In this document: in pieces, positions 1 to 16,469 of the stretch
Numbering within the stretch: the first letter of the stretch is position 1
Layout: the number at the start of each line of letters is the position of its first letter
Assembly: GCF_009914755.1 (NCBI RefSeq)
Contig: NC_060948.1
Strand: one strand, 5' to 3'
Length of the DNA: 64,000 nt
From: the human T2T-CHM13v2.0 reference genome, Homo sapiens
The notes under the pieces: model-generated
Told to the model about the DNA's origin: nothing
What the model saw: the letters and a program-made list of their open reading frames with translations, nothing else
Database searches by the model: none
Translations under genes and position numbers: made by a program

Positions 1-685
1 GGCTTATTGTTTTTGGCAATAAATATATATTTTAATGAGTTTAAGTCACATTCCATAAATAACAAAGTAAGTGAGAAATACCTCCTGGAAGGGGTTATAT
101 CTGTACTGTAACGTTGTAAGTGGGCAAGAAGGGAGAGGGCCTTTTATCTCCAGGAAAGAAATTAGGTAAAAGTTACAAGATGGGAAAGTGCATTGGTGAA
201 AGTGGTTTGTCTGAAAGTAGCTCCAGATGGAGAGTGGTGAAACAGAAAGGCATGAAACTGAAAGGCAGACAAATGCCAGATCTTGAAGTGATTTCTTCAG
301 CCGTGCTTAGAATCTGGGCTCAGAATCTAGAAAGTATTAAATACCAGCATAAGAATTTAAATCTGAGTTTAGATGAAGAATAAAATTAATGTGATAAAAA
401 TGTGCATTAGAAAACATGAAAGGTGGACTCTTGTGGGAAGTAATTAAAGGCAAAAAACAGCTGGAACTTTTTGAGGGAAGATAAAAAAGGACACTTGCTA
501 ATGACAGTTGTAAAATTCCACCATGTGCTGACAGTGATGCAACCTATGAGTATAATATTATGTAAATTTTATTACAAAAGTGATGACACAAATAATGGTG
601 TTCATGCTAACTGAGCTGGCTGGATATGAGCTGTAATAAGGAAAACCTGTGCCAATGAAATCCCATGTATAACTTTAAAATATCT

Positions 686-940
686 GGCACATGCATGCAT
701 GTATTTATTGCAGCACCATTCACAATACCAAAGTCATGAAATCAACCTAAATATTTATCAGTGATAGACTAGACTAAAAATAAGTGACACATATATACCA
801 TGTGATACTGCGCAGTCACAGAAACAAATGAGATCACGTCCTTTGCAGGGATATGAATGGAGTTGGGGGCCATTATCTTTAGCAGCTTACACAGGAGCAG
901 AAAACCACATACCACTTGATCTTTCTTTTAAGTGGGAGCT
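686..940 (+). mobile_element. L1 (L1PA/PB-age) fragment, ORF2 end/3'UTR
   Basis: Diverged L1 motifs 'tttattgcagcaccattcacaata', 'gagatcacgtcctttgcaggga' and 'taagtgggagct'. Confidence 0.8.
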
Positions 941-1220
941 TATAGGAATTTTTTTAAGGGGCTTTTTGCCTTTTCTATTTGTGGGTATTTCTTTTCTGAA
1001 GGAAGTTTTTTTCCTTCTCAATTAACAAATTATTTGTCTCCATTTTTCTCTTGTCACTCTTAACGTAAACACGAGGTACTCCAGGATGACTTCTGATGGC
1101 CTGGGGCTCCTTGGGAAAGAGAGAAGAGCTTCCACTTACCAGTTTTGGTAAGAAACTCGGTTTTCCTCAGGGAGTCCCACAGATTAAAGCAGACAGATGC
1201 CTCTCAAAAATCTGTTTTTG

Positions 1221-1836
<616 letters not shown>

Positions 1837-2784
1837 TTATTACACCTAAGAAACTGCATATTTTCCTAGTCTTATTTTTTGAGGAGCTCCACCCTGAGGC
1901 CAGTAATCTAATTAAGAAATTGGCACATGGAAAAATCATACAACTACTGAATCTCCTTCTGTCTGGCTGTGTAGTTATATATGTGTGTGTCATGTATTAT
2001 GTGTTATATAATGTGTTATATATATATATGCCATATTTTTTATATAAATGAGCTATGTATACATGCAAAGAGCTCTAATTGACTTTAAAAAAGTAGGCAC
2101 TTAGATTAAATATTAGGAAAAAATAAAGCTGTAATGTCTTTTAGTTCATGTGACCAAGCTTTGAGAAGTAAAGGTATCTTTGAAATGTAGACATAGGGTT
2201 TAAATTATGCAGTTCAGAAACTAGGTCTGTTAAATGCTTTAAGGTTATAAATTGCTTCTTTTGCTTTTGAAAATAGCTTGACTTATCTGCTTTACAGGTT
2301 AGTAAGATCTGAGGACATATTAAGTTAACTACACCTGTAGCTATGCTTGACCTTAGTCAGACCTTATCTGTACCTAGCATGTAATTAAAACAACTTACCA
2401 GGTTTCTAACCAAAGCTAAAATTACTGAGCGTTATCACTATAAAATGTAATTGAGATTACTGAAAATATATTCACATGCAAAGTTCATAGAAGGGAGAGT
2501 TAAATGTGGTTTTGGTAAAAGATTATAACGTTTCCTGGGAATATAAATTTCTAATCTTAAAGGGCTAAAGAATTGTTTAAAAATAAAAGTTTGAAGAAAT
2601 TGTTAATGGTTTATATACATTAATCTAGTAAAATAAATTTATATCGATCAAATTCAAAAGGGTATAATTTGGTTTGTCTGTAAATTGAACATTACAATAA
2701 AAGCACAGCAAATGTTTCTTCAGGCAGTAATCTGCTCTTTACCAAAAATTTGTAAATGGTTATAAAAAGATTATAAGAATCTCA

Positions 2785-3796
<1,012 letters not shown>

Positions 3797-4913
3797 AAGA
3801 ATCTCAATTCATGGTCAAACTGATTAAGATTGAATAGGTTTTTCTGTAAGGTTTCATTAAAGAAAAATTGGAATTTACATTAATAGTAGACTGATTCAGG
3901 TGAAATTTTGGCTTTCTCTCTCTTTGACAATACTTTTATGTAATGAAAGATTTTTGTTAGTTTTATGAATAAACATTGAAAAAAAGAAGGAAAGGACAAG
4001 CAGCTGACTGTTTGGAAAACTAGAATTTTCCTCTTAATAATAAATATTTTTGCTTTTTTAAAATTTGAGTAATCATTTTGGCTAAATGGATGTATTTTGT
4101 GTAACCTGAAATTGTTTTAAGTGTTTTAAGCCTTTAACTTATTTGACAGACTTTCCAAAATTAAATTTCAGCTTCAAAATTATCTATTATTTAACATGTT
4201 TAGTTACATAGGATTGATGAAATATCATGGTGTTTGATCTTCACATTATATTTTAGTGAGTAATGTTAAGCTGTGTTTCAAAATGGTATGGGCTTTCTAA
4301 AATTCTGATGTTTAAGTTTGTGTTATCAGTCATAATTAGGGTTATTTCTAGGTTATTGCAGACCACAGGTAACCAAATTTTTTTATCAGTCATGTTTTTG
4401 ACTGAGTGTCATAGGACATTTTGACATTTACAGAGAGTTGTTGTCTTGTTTGATCCTCTTCAAGGGATGGATTATAGCCCACAAGTATAGATTTCTGGGA
4501 ACTTGGGAGATTTTGACTAGGAGTTGACTGGGTAAACTGAACTGCTGGAAGTCATCTTTTTTTTTTGACTTTTTGCTTGCAACATTTTTGATTTTTCATT
4601 TTGTTTTTCAGCATCAAGGTAGCCTTTTCTTTTGACGTATCTGTATATTTTGACAATTTTGGGGGTGAACCAACCAGTGATCCTTGACTGTAGCTCAGAA
4701 GAAATGAAAGGTTTGGGTCATTAAACTCCAAACTTTTGTGCAAATGGAACCTTGGATAATAACTCCCATTTACTGGGGACCTCTAGATAGGTCTCCGAGA
4801 AAAATGACTGTTGTTTTCCCAAATCAGTGCCTTTGTCATTATCAAGCAGTTAAGGTTGATGATCATCAACCCTTTCCTAATGGCAGTTAGATGTACTTCT
4901 TTAGAGGTGGAAC

Positions 4914-5258
4914 TGATGGCAGTGGCCACTCCACCGCCTGCTGCTGTCATTCTGCTAGCTGCAGCAGGGAGGTGCATCTTGGGCTGCATGCTCTGTGGAG
5001 CTGGCAGAAGCCTTGCCACTTTTGAGTTGAGGTGGGGGCTCCCTTGGTGCCACTGCAGCCACCAGAATTGTGACTGCAGATTCATGCCTTCTGCTCCAAA
5101 AGGCAAGTTAAGAGCCCCACCTTCCTGGGAGGAGCTGCCGTTGCCCAAATTTTATCTGTGGATGAAAGTATCCCTGTGCACTTGGGTAGTTGGGGGCAAG
5201 CGAAAGCCCCATTCCCTAGGGTGCAGCAGCAGCTGCCTACCCGTGGCATCCCTGCACT
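4914..5258 (+). mobile_element. MER52-type ERV1 LTR (5' part of the 3' LTR)
   Basis: Starts TGATGGCAGTGGCC, GC-rich, with 'gctgcagcagggagg...gggctgcatgctctgtggagctggc'. It follows the polypurine tract. Confidence 0.7.
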
Positions 5259-5260
5259 CT

Positions 5261-5309
<49 letters not shown>

Positions 5310-5590
5310 AGACGGAATCTTTCTCTGTTACCCACGTTGGATTTTGGTGGCATAATCTCAGCTCCCTGCAGTCTCTTCCTCCTGGGTTCAAGCAATTCTC
5401 CTGCTGTAGCCTCCTGAGTAGCTGGGATTACAGGTGCATTCTACCACACCCGGATGATTTTTGTGGTTTTAGTAGAGATGGGGCTTTGCCATGTAGGCCA
5501 GGCTGGTCTCGAACTCCTGACCTCAAGCAATCCACCTGTCTTGGCCTCCCAAAGTATTGGGATTACAGGTATGATCTACCATGCCGAACA
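5259..5590 (-). mobile_element. AluS with (TTTA)n tail
   Basis: (TTTA)n at ~5260-5307 followed by antisense Alu through 'cccaaagtattgggattacagg'. Confidence 0.93.
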
Positions 5591-5596
5591 TGGCAA

Positions 5597-5672
5597 AACC
5601 ATGTGACACAAGTTTACCTATGTAAAACAGTACACTTGTACCTTTAAATCTAAAATAAATGTTAAAAACATA
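5597..5672 (+). mobile_element. L1PB/MA 3' terminal fragment
   Basis: 'gtgacacaagtttacctatgtaa...tgtacctttaaatctaaaataaatgttaaaaa'. Confidence 0.65.
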
Positions 5673-5815
5673 AAATTAACCAATTAAAATATAAAAAATG
5701 AAAAAAGATAGTACCAATTATAATAGAATCAAAGTATTTAAAATACTAATCATACCTGGGAATATGTAATTGATAAAATACTGAAATAAACTGTATTAAC
5801 CTTTCTCTAGATTTT

Positions 5816-5820
<5 letters not shown>

Positions 5821-5866
<46 letters not shown>
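5821..5866. repeat. (TG)23 microsatellite
   Basis: Perfect TG run read directly. Confidence 0.98.
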
Positions 5867-5867
<1 letters not shown>

Positions 5868-5996
5868 ATATGTCTGCATCTGTTTCCTTTGGGTCATTCT
5901 AATTTAGGCTCTTATTTGATTTATGACAGACTATTTAAGAACTTGCTTTTTATGTTTTCCTAGCTCTGGTTCCTTCTTTCTACCTTGCTAACTCTC

Positions 5997-6369
5997 GTGC
6001 CTTTGAATGTCCCCTCCAAATCCCAGATGGAAATTCTGTGGCCATTGCAATAGTGTTAGGAGATAAGGCTTTAAAGCAGTGATGAGCTGTGAGGGCACAC
6101 CCTCATGACTGGATTGATGTGATTTTCTGGAAAATTAGTTATTTATTGTGTGAGTGGGCTTTCGATCAAAAGATGAGTTTGTCCCAATTTTCTGTTATTC
6201 ATGTGTTCTTCACTATATGATGCCCTGCTGCCATGTTGTAACTTAGAAGACCTCACCAGATGTAATGCCTTGGACTTTCTAGCCTCCAGAACCATAAGCA
6301 AAGTAAGTCTCTTTACAAATTACCCAGTCAGTGGTATTCTGTTGTTTCAGCAGCAAGTGGACTAAAACA
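5997..6369 (+). mobile_element. MaLR solo LTR (MST family)
   Basis: 'tttgaatgtcccctccaaa' near the start, 'ttggactttctagcctccagaacc' internally, and the end 'aaattacccagtc...ggactaaaaca'. Confidence 0.85.
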
Positions 6370-6551
6370 CTATTATTTATTCTTTTTCAAATAACTAAAT
6401 AAAGTAACTTAAAAGGGGGCATTTAAAATGTCCTGTCCAATAGTCATAAAGCCCATATATTTTTTTTAAAAGTAGTACAATAGCCTGCCATTGAAATAAA
6501 ACCCCATTTTACTCTAAACCATATTTTTAGAAGTAAGGGAAAAAAATCATA

Positions 6552-7046
6552 AAAGTGAACATGTAATTTTATTGTTCAGTAAGAGAATTGCAAGAATTTT
6601 TTTTTGTCAGCATCAGTGATTTTCAATCACTACTGTCCTGCATAATCTGTTATTCCTCTGGTGGAAGATCAGTTGTAATTAGGGTGATGTTTCCCTAGTG
6701 AAGATTGTTGATGAGCTGACCTGGAATAAGAGGCAGCTGATGTATCAGCTATCACAGGCTCTTGGCACCACAGGTTGCTTTCTTGTAGCAGGTTAGAATA
6801 AGGAGACTTATTGACTAACACCTCAAAATATTTTGTTGTGAAAGTAGATGGTTCCACCATTAGGCCCAAAGAACTATTCTGCAAGGGTGATATGATGTGA
6901 TATTGAGAAGTTGCGGTGGGAACAAAATTCATAAGGTAGCCATTTGGTTGCATGTAGGTGCTATGAGAGTGAATATGAATAGTCACCAACTGATTAAAAT
7001 AGCATGTTGATCTGTTGCCATTTGGACTGATGGTCCAAACTGAATA
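6552..7046 (-). pseudogene. HSFY: HSFY (heat shock transcription factor, Y-linked) paralogue remnant: C-terminal coding part and 3'UTR; unprocessed
   Basis: ORF 6669-7061 reads NQLVTIHIHSHSTYMQ...TSQYHIISPLQN...GL.VEPS...IAD.SAA...HPNYN*, collinear with the recalled HSFY1 C-terminus including the stop. Upstream GPSVQMATDQHAI lies in another frame (frameshift ~6998). AATAAA at 6568-6573 has no polyA tail. An L1 truncates the 5' side and the DNA-binding domain is absent. Confidence 0.92.
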
Positions 7047-7047
7047 A

Positions 7048-10000
7048 ATGTCAGCCCACACAGATGGGAAAGAAACAGTGTGCTAACTCTCACAACTCGA
7101 AAAGTTGTCTTCTTGCCTTCAGATGACTGCATTAGCTCCTCAGCAACGGTTCTTAAACAGGCTGAAATGGATGAAATGTCAGAAATATAATTCAGGTAAC
7201 AATGAAATAATAAAAATTATCAACATACAGGCAATAGTCAAAACCCAGTTAACCACAAAATCAGGCATACAACAATCCTCAGGAAATTCAGAAAAAACTG
7301 AAATTATAACAAACACACTGTTCAGACACAGTGCAATAGAAAATAGAAATTAATGCTCAGAAAATCACTTAAAACTATACAGTTACATGGAAATTAACCT
7401 ACTCCTGAATGATTTCTGAATAAATAATGAAATTAACGCAGAAATCAATAAATTCCTTGAAACTAATGAGAACAAATTTATGATGTACCAGAATCTGTGA
7501 CAAAGCCATAATAGTGTAAACGAGAACTTTACAGCAATGAATGCCAACATCAAAAAGTTAGAAAAATCTCAAATTAATACCTCTCATCACAATTTTTAAT
7601 AGAACTGGAGAAACTAAGAAATAGAGAAACACTAGTAAACCAATCCCAAGGCTAGCAGATGACAAGTAAGCAAAATTAGAGTTGAACTGAAAGAAATTGA
7701 GACATGGAAAACCATACAAAAGATCAATGAAATCAGGAGCTAGATTTTGAAGAATTAATAAGATAGATTTACTGCTAGCTTGATTAATACATAGAAAAGA
7801 CATAAATTATATAAACAATCAGATATGATGAGGGACATATTGCAGCTGACCCCACAGAAATATGAAAAACTGTCACAGATAGTTATGAACACCCCTATGC
7901 ACATAAGCTAGAAAACCTTGAAAAAATAGACTCTATAAAACACATAACCTCCCAAGTCTGAACTAAGAAGTAATTGAATCTCTGAACAGACTGATAATGA
8001 GTTCAAAAATTGCATAAGTAATAAAAAACTTACCAAGCAGAAAAAGATGGAGTAGGTGGATTCAAAGCAGAATTCTACCAGATGTGTAAGGACAATGTGC
8101 TATTTCTACTGAAAATATCATTTTAAAATGAGCAGAATGAACTTCTCCCTAATTCATTGTATGAGGGCAACATCATCCTGATACCAAAACCTGGCAGAGA
8201 CAAAAATAAAAATAAAACATTAGGCCAATATTCCTGATGAATGCAGATGTAAAAATACTGAACCAAATAATAGCAACTCAAATACAGCAGCACATCAAAA
8301 AGAAAATTCACCATGAACAAGTAGGCTTTTTTCTATTGGATGTAAGTTTTGGTCAACACATGCATAAAAATCAATGTCATTTATGAGACAAAGATAACTG
8401 GAAACAAAAAACACATGATTACCTTAATAGATGTGGAAAAAGCTTCGAATAAAATTTAACATTCCTTCAGGCTAAAAACCTTCAATAAATTAGGCATTGA
8501 AGAAACATACTTCAAAATAATAACAGACATTCATGATGAAAGCATAGCCAACAACATACAGAATGGCAAATGTTGGCACCTTCCCCTTGCAACCAGAGAA
8601 AGACCAGGATTTCCTCTCTCACCACTCCTATTCTACATAGTACTGGAAGCCTTAGCCAGGGCATTCAGACAAGAAAAAGAAAGAAAAGACATCCAAATAG
8701 GAAAAGAGGAAGCCAAATTATTCCTCTTTTTATATGGTATGATTCTGTTTCTAGAAAATCTCATTTTTCTGCACAAAATTCCTTATGTGATTAAAACATG
8801 TTCATCAGATTTTCAAGATATGAAATCAATACATGAAAATCAGCGGCATTCCTATATGCCAACAAAGTCTAACCATTCCATTCACAACAACCTGTCCCCA
8901 ACAAACACAAGCATACCTAAAAATAGAGCTAACTAAGAAGGTCAAATAATTACAGAACACTGTTTGAAAAACTCACAGATAACACAAATGAATGGAAAAA
9001 CATTTCATGCTCATTAATAGGAAGAATTAATATTGTTAAAATGGTAACACTACTCAAAGCATTAATATTGTTAAAATGGTAATACTACTCAAAGCAGGTA
9101 AAACTACTCAAAGCAGTTTATATATTTCATGCTATATGTATCAAACTACCAGTGACAATATTCACAGATTTAGAGAAAGAAAATCCTTATTGTTAACACT
9201 TATATGGAACCAAAAAGGAGCATGATTGCCATGATACTGGTACAAAACCAGACACAGACTAATGGAACAGAATGGAGAGACCAGAAATAATCTCACAAAC
9301 TGACAACAATCTTATCTTTGACAAAATCAAGAAAAATAAGCAATGAGGACAAGCTCAGTATTTAGTAAATAGTAATGGGATAACAAATGAGCCATATGCA
9401 GAAAATTGAAACTGTATTCCTTCCTTAAACCATATGAAAAATTCTACTCAAGATGAATTAAAGACTTAAAAGTAAAACCTAAAACTTCAAAAAACAATAA
9501 ACCCTGGAAGATAAACTATGAGATTTTATTTTAAATGTAGGACCTTGGTAATATTTCCTGATAAAGACTCCAAAATCAATTGCAAGAAAAAAGGAAATTG
9601 ACAAGTGACACCTAACTAAAAAGCTTCTGCACAGCAAAAGGAGCTATCAACAGAGTAAATAGAAAACCTACAGAACGGGAGAAAATATTTTCCAACTATA
9701 CATCAAAGAAAAGGCTACTATTATCCAGACTCTATAAGAAACTTAAACAAATTTACAGGAAATAACAACCCCATTAAAAAGAGTGCAAATGATATCACAG
9801 TTTTTAAAGGAAGACATACATGAAACCAACAAGCATATGAAAAAAATGCTTAATACTACTAACAATTAGAGAAATGCAAATCAAAACCACAATGAGATAC
9901 CATCTCACGCATGTAAGATCCAACTTTTTTTTTATTAAAAAGTAAAGAAAAAAATAACAGATGCTAATGAGGTTCTGGAGGAAAGAACACACTTATACAC

Positions 10001-10173
10001 TGCTGGTGGAATGCAAATTATTTCAGCCATTGTGGAAAGCAATTAAAAGAAGTTCTCAAAGAATTTAAAACAGAACTACCATTTCACCCAACAATCCCAT
10101 TATTAGGTAGATACCTAGAGGAATAGAAATCATTCCTCCATAAAGACAGACACACAAAACACTCACACACACA

Positions 10174-10207
<34 letters not shown>

Positions 10208-10648
10208 TTGTAGCACATTGTAGCACAATTTACAATAACAAAGACATGGAATTAAACTAAATGACCATCAATGGCAGAAGGGATTTTTAAAATGTGGTAC
10301 ACCATGGAATACTATGCAGCCATAAAAGATTAATGTCCTCTCCAGCAACATGGATGGAGCTAGAGGCCATTATTTAAAGGAAGCTAATGCAGGAACAGAA
10401 AACCAAATACTGCATGTGCTTACTTACAAATGGAAGCTAAACATTGAGTACATGTGAATATAAAGAAAGGAACAAAGAAACTTGAGGGTTGAGATTGGGA
10501 AGAGGATGAAGATAAAACACTACTTAATAGGCACTATGCATTTTACCTGGGTGACAAAATAATATGATGATCAAGCCCCTGTGACATGCAGTTTACCTAT
10601 ATAACTAACCTGCACATGTATTCTTGAACCTAAAATAGAAGTTAAAAA
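7048..10648 (+). mobile_element. L1PB-type element: ORF1 start, large internal deletion, decayed ORF2 and 3'UTR
   Basis: ORF1 start 'tcagcccacacagatgggaaag' jumps at ~7250 into the ORF2 endonuclease C-terminus. It runs to the 3' end 'cctgcacatgtattcttgaacctaaaatagaagttaaaaa' and has a (CA)-rich insert at ~10148-10207. Confidence 0.9.
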
Positions 10649-11997
10649 GGAAACTCATTGTAGGAAAATGTAGAGACAGAGTTCTTTGGGATTCCAGAAG
10701 ATTAAAGTTAATTTTAAGCACGTTTCTGAAAAAGCAGATGCCTAAATTCCATTTAGTCATAAAACATTCAGTCTTCCTTTCACTCAGTGTTTGTAACTTG
10801 AATTTAAAGTTCATCTTCCTTTAGTAGAGCATTGTTTTCATAAATACTTTTTTGATAATAACTCAAGCAGGCAAAAAATTTTATTACTCAATGAAAGAAA
10901 CAAATTAGAATTTTTTTTTAAGTTTGAACAAATAGGTAGCAATTTCTTCTCAACCTAAAATGTTATTTTTTTCCTTTTAATGAATGTATCTTCCTCAGTG
11001 AAATTTTTTTCCTACAAATATTTCACATGATTTCAGAACATCTTTTTTACTACATATTTCTGATGGCCTAACAAAGTGATAAAGTGTTTGTGATGAATAT
11101 AGATTATGTGCAATATTTACAAAAGTAACTTTTCAGGTAGTTGTATGAGCTCCTAGGGAATATTTGATTTTTATTGTCCTATCATATGCATTTGTCTTCA
11201 GCAGACACTTTTGTGATTGTGACATACAAACACGTTGTTTTACTGTAGTCATATTGCTTGTAAGGAAATAGCTAAGTATGTTATAAAGACAAAGGTGGCA
11301 AACTTGCCTAATATTAACTTGAAAACAATATATTGAAGCTATTGGTTGTTTATATATGTATAAACATTTGTAGAATTGTGGTGTTTCTCAAATTGTTAGC
11401 AAAATGCTGACAACCTGATATAATATTAACTTAAAATACATTTAATAAATGTGATTTACCTATAGAAGTATAAATGCTTTTAAATATATGATGGTATATC
11501 CATCAATTGTCAGTGTTAAAATTCAGGTTCTATCATGGAAAATGCAGGTAATATGAAAGAAATGTGATCACATGAAAACTGTTCTAGTATCTCCAGAAAT
11601 TAAATGAGAAATAATATTTTATTTTTAACCAAGCAAAACATTTCTCAAAATGTTTTGAATTTCAGTTTTGCATATCACAAACTGGTCTTGTTACGGTAAA
11701 TTTGAACAAACCTAAAGGGAAACATATAAAAAAATTTGGGATAAGATTTAATAAATGTTGTAAGTATAAAAGAGAACACAAAACATTATCTTCAGTGATG
11801 GAAGTGTTTTTAATGTCCCACATTTGAAGAAAAATTGAATTTTGACTTGATAACTTACTGGCATATTAATGATTGTAGGGTGTAAATAAATAACCTAGAA
11901 AACACTGCAATAGAATGAGGAAAAAAAAGCAAAATGCAAATAGAAACTATAATGTAAGAATAAACCCACATTTTATTATTCCAAACTCTATGTACAT

Positions 11998-12150
11998 TTG
12001 TGTACAGTATTTAGCTCCCACTTGCATGGGAAAATATATGTGTTTGACTATTCCTAAGTCATCTTACTTAAGATAATGCCTCTAGTTCTATTCATGTTAT
12101 TACAAAAGATATAATTCCATTCTTTTTATGGCTGAACAGTATTTCATGTG
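11998..12150 (-). mobile_element. L1MA 3' region fragment
   Basis: 'ttagctcccacttg', 'ttacttaagataatgcctctagttc' and 'ttctttttatggctgaacagtatt'. Confidence 0.7.
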
Positions 12151-12164
12151 TATATATATACAGA

Positions 12165-12287
12165 GAGATGAGAAATCACTCATTGGACACAATGTACATT
12201 ATTCATGTGATAATTATACTAAAAGCAGACTTCGCCACTACATAATATGTCCATATAACAAAATTGAATGTGTACTCCTTTATTTGA

Positions 12288-12340
<53 letters not shown>

Positions 12341-12640
12341 TTTTGAGCTAGAGTATAACTCTTGTCACCCAGGCTGGAGTGCAGTGGCACAGTCTTGGCT
12401 CACTGCAACCTCCACCTCATGGTTTCAAGTGATTCTTAAGCCTCAGCCTTCCGAGTAGCTGGGATTACAGGCACATACCACCAGGCCCAGCTAATTTTTG
12501 TATTTTTAGTAGAGACAGGGTTTCACCATATTGGCCAGGATGCTCTCGATCTCTTGACATTGTGATCTGCCCACTTCGCCTTCCCAAAGTGCTGGGATTA
12601 CAGGCATAAGCTATTACTCCTTTAATTTACACAAAAAAGA
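12165..12640 (+). mobile_element. Old L1 3' terminal fragment split by an Alu
   Basis: 'aatgtacattattc...tatactaaaagcagacttc...ccatataacaaaattg'. 'tactccttta' is repeated on both sides of the Alu (~12273 and ~12615), probably a TSD. Confidence 0.6.
12288..12612 (-). mobile_element. AluS with (TTA)n tail
   Basis: (TTA)n at ~12293-12338, then a full antisense Alu. Confidence 0.95.
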
Positions 12641-13355
12641 AAGAAAAGTATGTACCTCATGAATATGTATAGTTAATATTTTTAAATTAAAAATGTTAAA
12701 TAGGTATATGTACTTTTTATTTTTAAAATAATAACTCCACATTTTAATAACTCTGCAGTGCACAGAAATCATAATGATGGAGCCATTTCACCAAAGCTAA
12801 AATAGATTGAGCTGGGTAATTTTAATTATATTATAAATTTGGGAAATAACAGAAAAATAAATAAGGATGAAAAGTTAGACTGAGAACAATTAATGTTAAG
12901 CTAATTCTCAGTGATAAACTAAAGCATGAAAACTTTAATTTTCAGGCAAAGGGAGGACAGTAAAGAGAGAAAAGTGCATGATGTTAATACTGTTAGCCCT
13001 ACAATTAATAAGAAAACAGGACACATAAAAATATACAAATTAAAAAATATTACAGACAGAGTAGATAATTGAGAAATTAACCTTAAAATCATGGTTTAGA
13101 TTATTAATTTAAATTTAAGTATTCAGATATTCACTTAGTATATCTAGATGAGGAAACTATTAGCAATGAAAAAGAACAAGCTAACCAAGTTATTGTACAG
13201 CAACAACTGACAATATTTGATGACAATCTAGGTAAGGCAATACAGATTATTTATATATCCATACATATATATGTATGGATATCATACATTTATGAAGTTT
13301 TACTGATGTAGTTGAAAACAATGTAAAAATATATTTTGTAAAAATACATAGAATA

Positions 13356-14612
<1,257 letters not shown>

Positions 14613-14615
14613 AAA

Positions 14616-14750
14616 ATACTACACACTGGGTCTAGTATACACTGCTGGGGTGATGGGTGTACCAAAATCTCAGAAATCACCTCTAAATAACTTATTCATG
14701 TAAGCAGACACCACCTGTTCTCCCAAAACTACTTAAATAATAAAAACATA
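14616..14750 (+). mobile_element. L1PB 3' terminal fragment
   Basis: 'ggtgatgggtgtaccaaaatctcagaaatcacc...caccacctgttc'. Confidence 0.8.
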
Positions 14751-14849
14751 ATAAATATCATACCCAGGTGATTGTAAAAAAATGCCTTTTGTAATATCTT
14801 ACAATGTTTTCCACATGTGAGTCAAATATGATTATAAAATAATAATACA

Positions 14850-16040
<1,191 letters not shown>

Positions 16041-16469
16041 TATTTGTAATTGTGTAAATTGTAATAAAGTTTTTAAAAATAAAAATAAATTATCACAATA
16101 GAGAAAAAATAATCATTTTGCTACCTGACTTAATAAAATGGAAAATTAAAGACATTTTAATTTCAACAATAGTTTTAATATTTAAAAAATTGATTCAAAT
16201 ATTTTGATTAAATAATACTAACAAATATTTTAATTTTAAAACTTTATGTAACATTTTAAGATAAGACTTACAGTCATAAAATAATCTTATGGTTGTATTA
16301 AGTTTCTTTTGTTTGCCTTAAAAAAATTACTTCTTTAATACAGTAAAAACATTTATATGTCCATGTCTGAAAGAAAAGTACTATAACAAGATTTTATTTT
16401 TATTGTATAAGGCAAACTACTTTCCTTTTTGCAAAAAAAAAAGTTTTTTTTATTTTATTATGTATCTTT

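Noticed and set aside
4811-5647. 278-aa ORF as a novel gene
   Set aside because: It runs through a MER52 LTR, a (TTTA)n tract and an antisense Alu, has no ATG start and shows no domain. It is a chance frame.
10650-11990. Possible exons, or the missing HSFY 5' part, in AT-rich non-repeat DNA (e.g. AG...GT segment ~11138-11276)
   Set aside because: No HSF-domain peptide was recognised, the frames I read have stops and the splice signals are weak. A BLASTx is still worthwhile.
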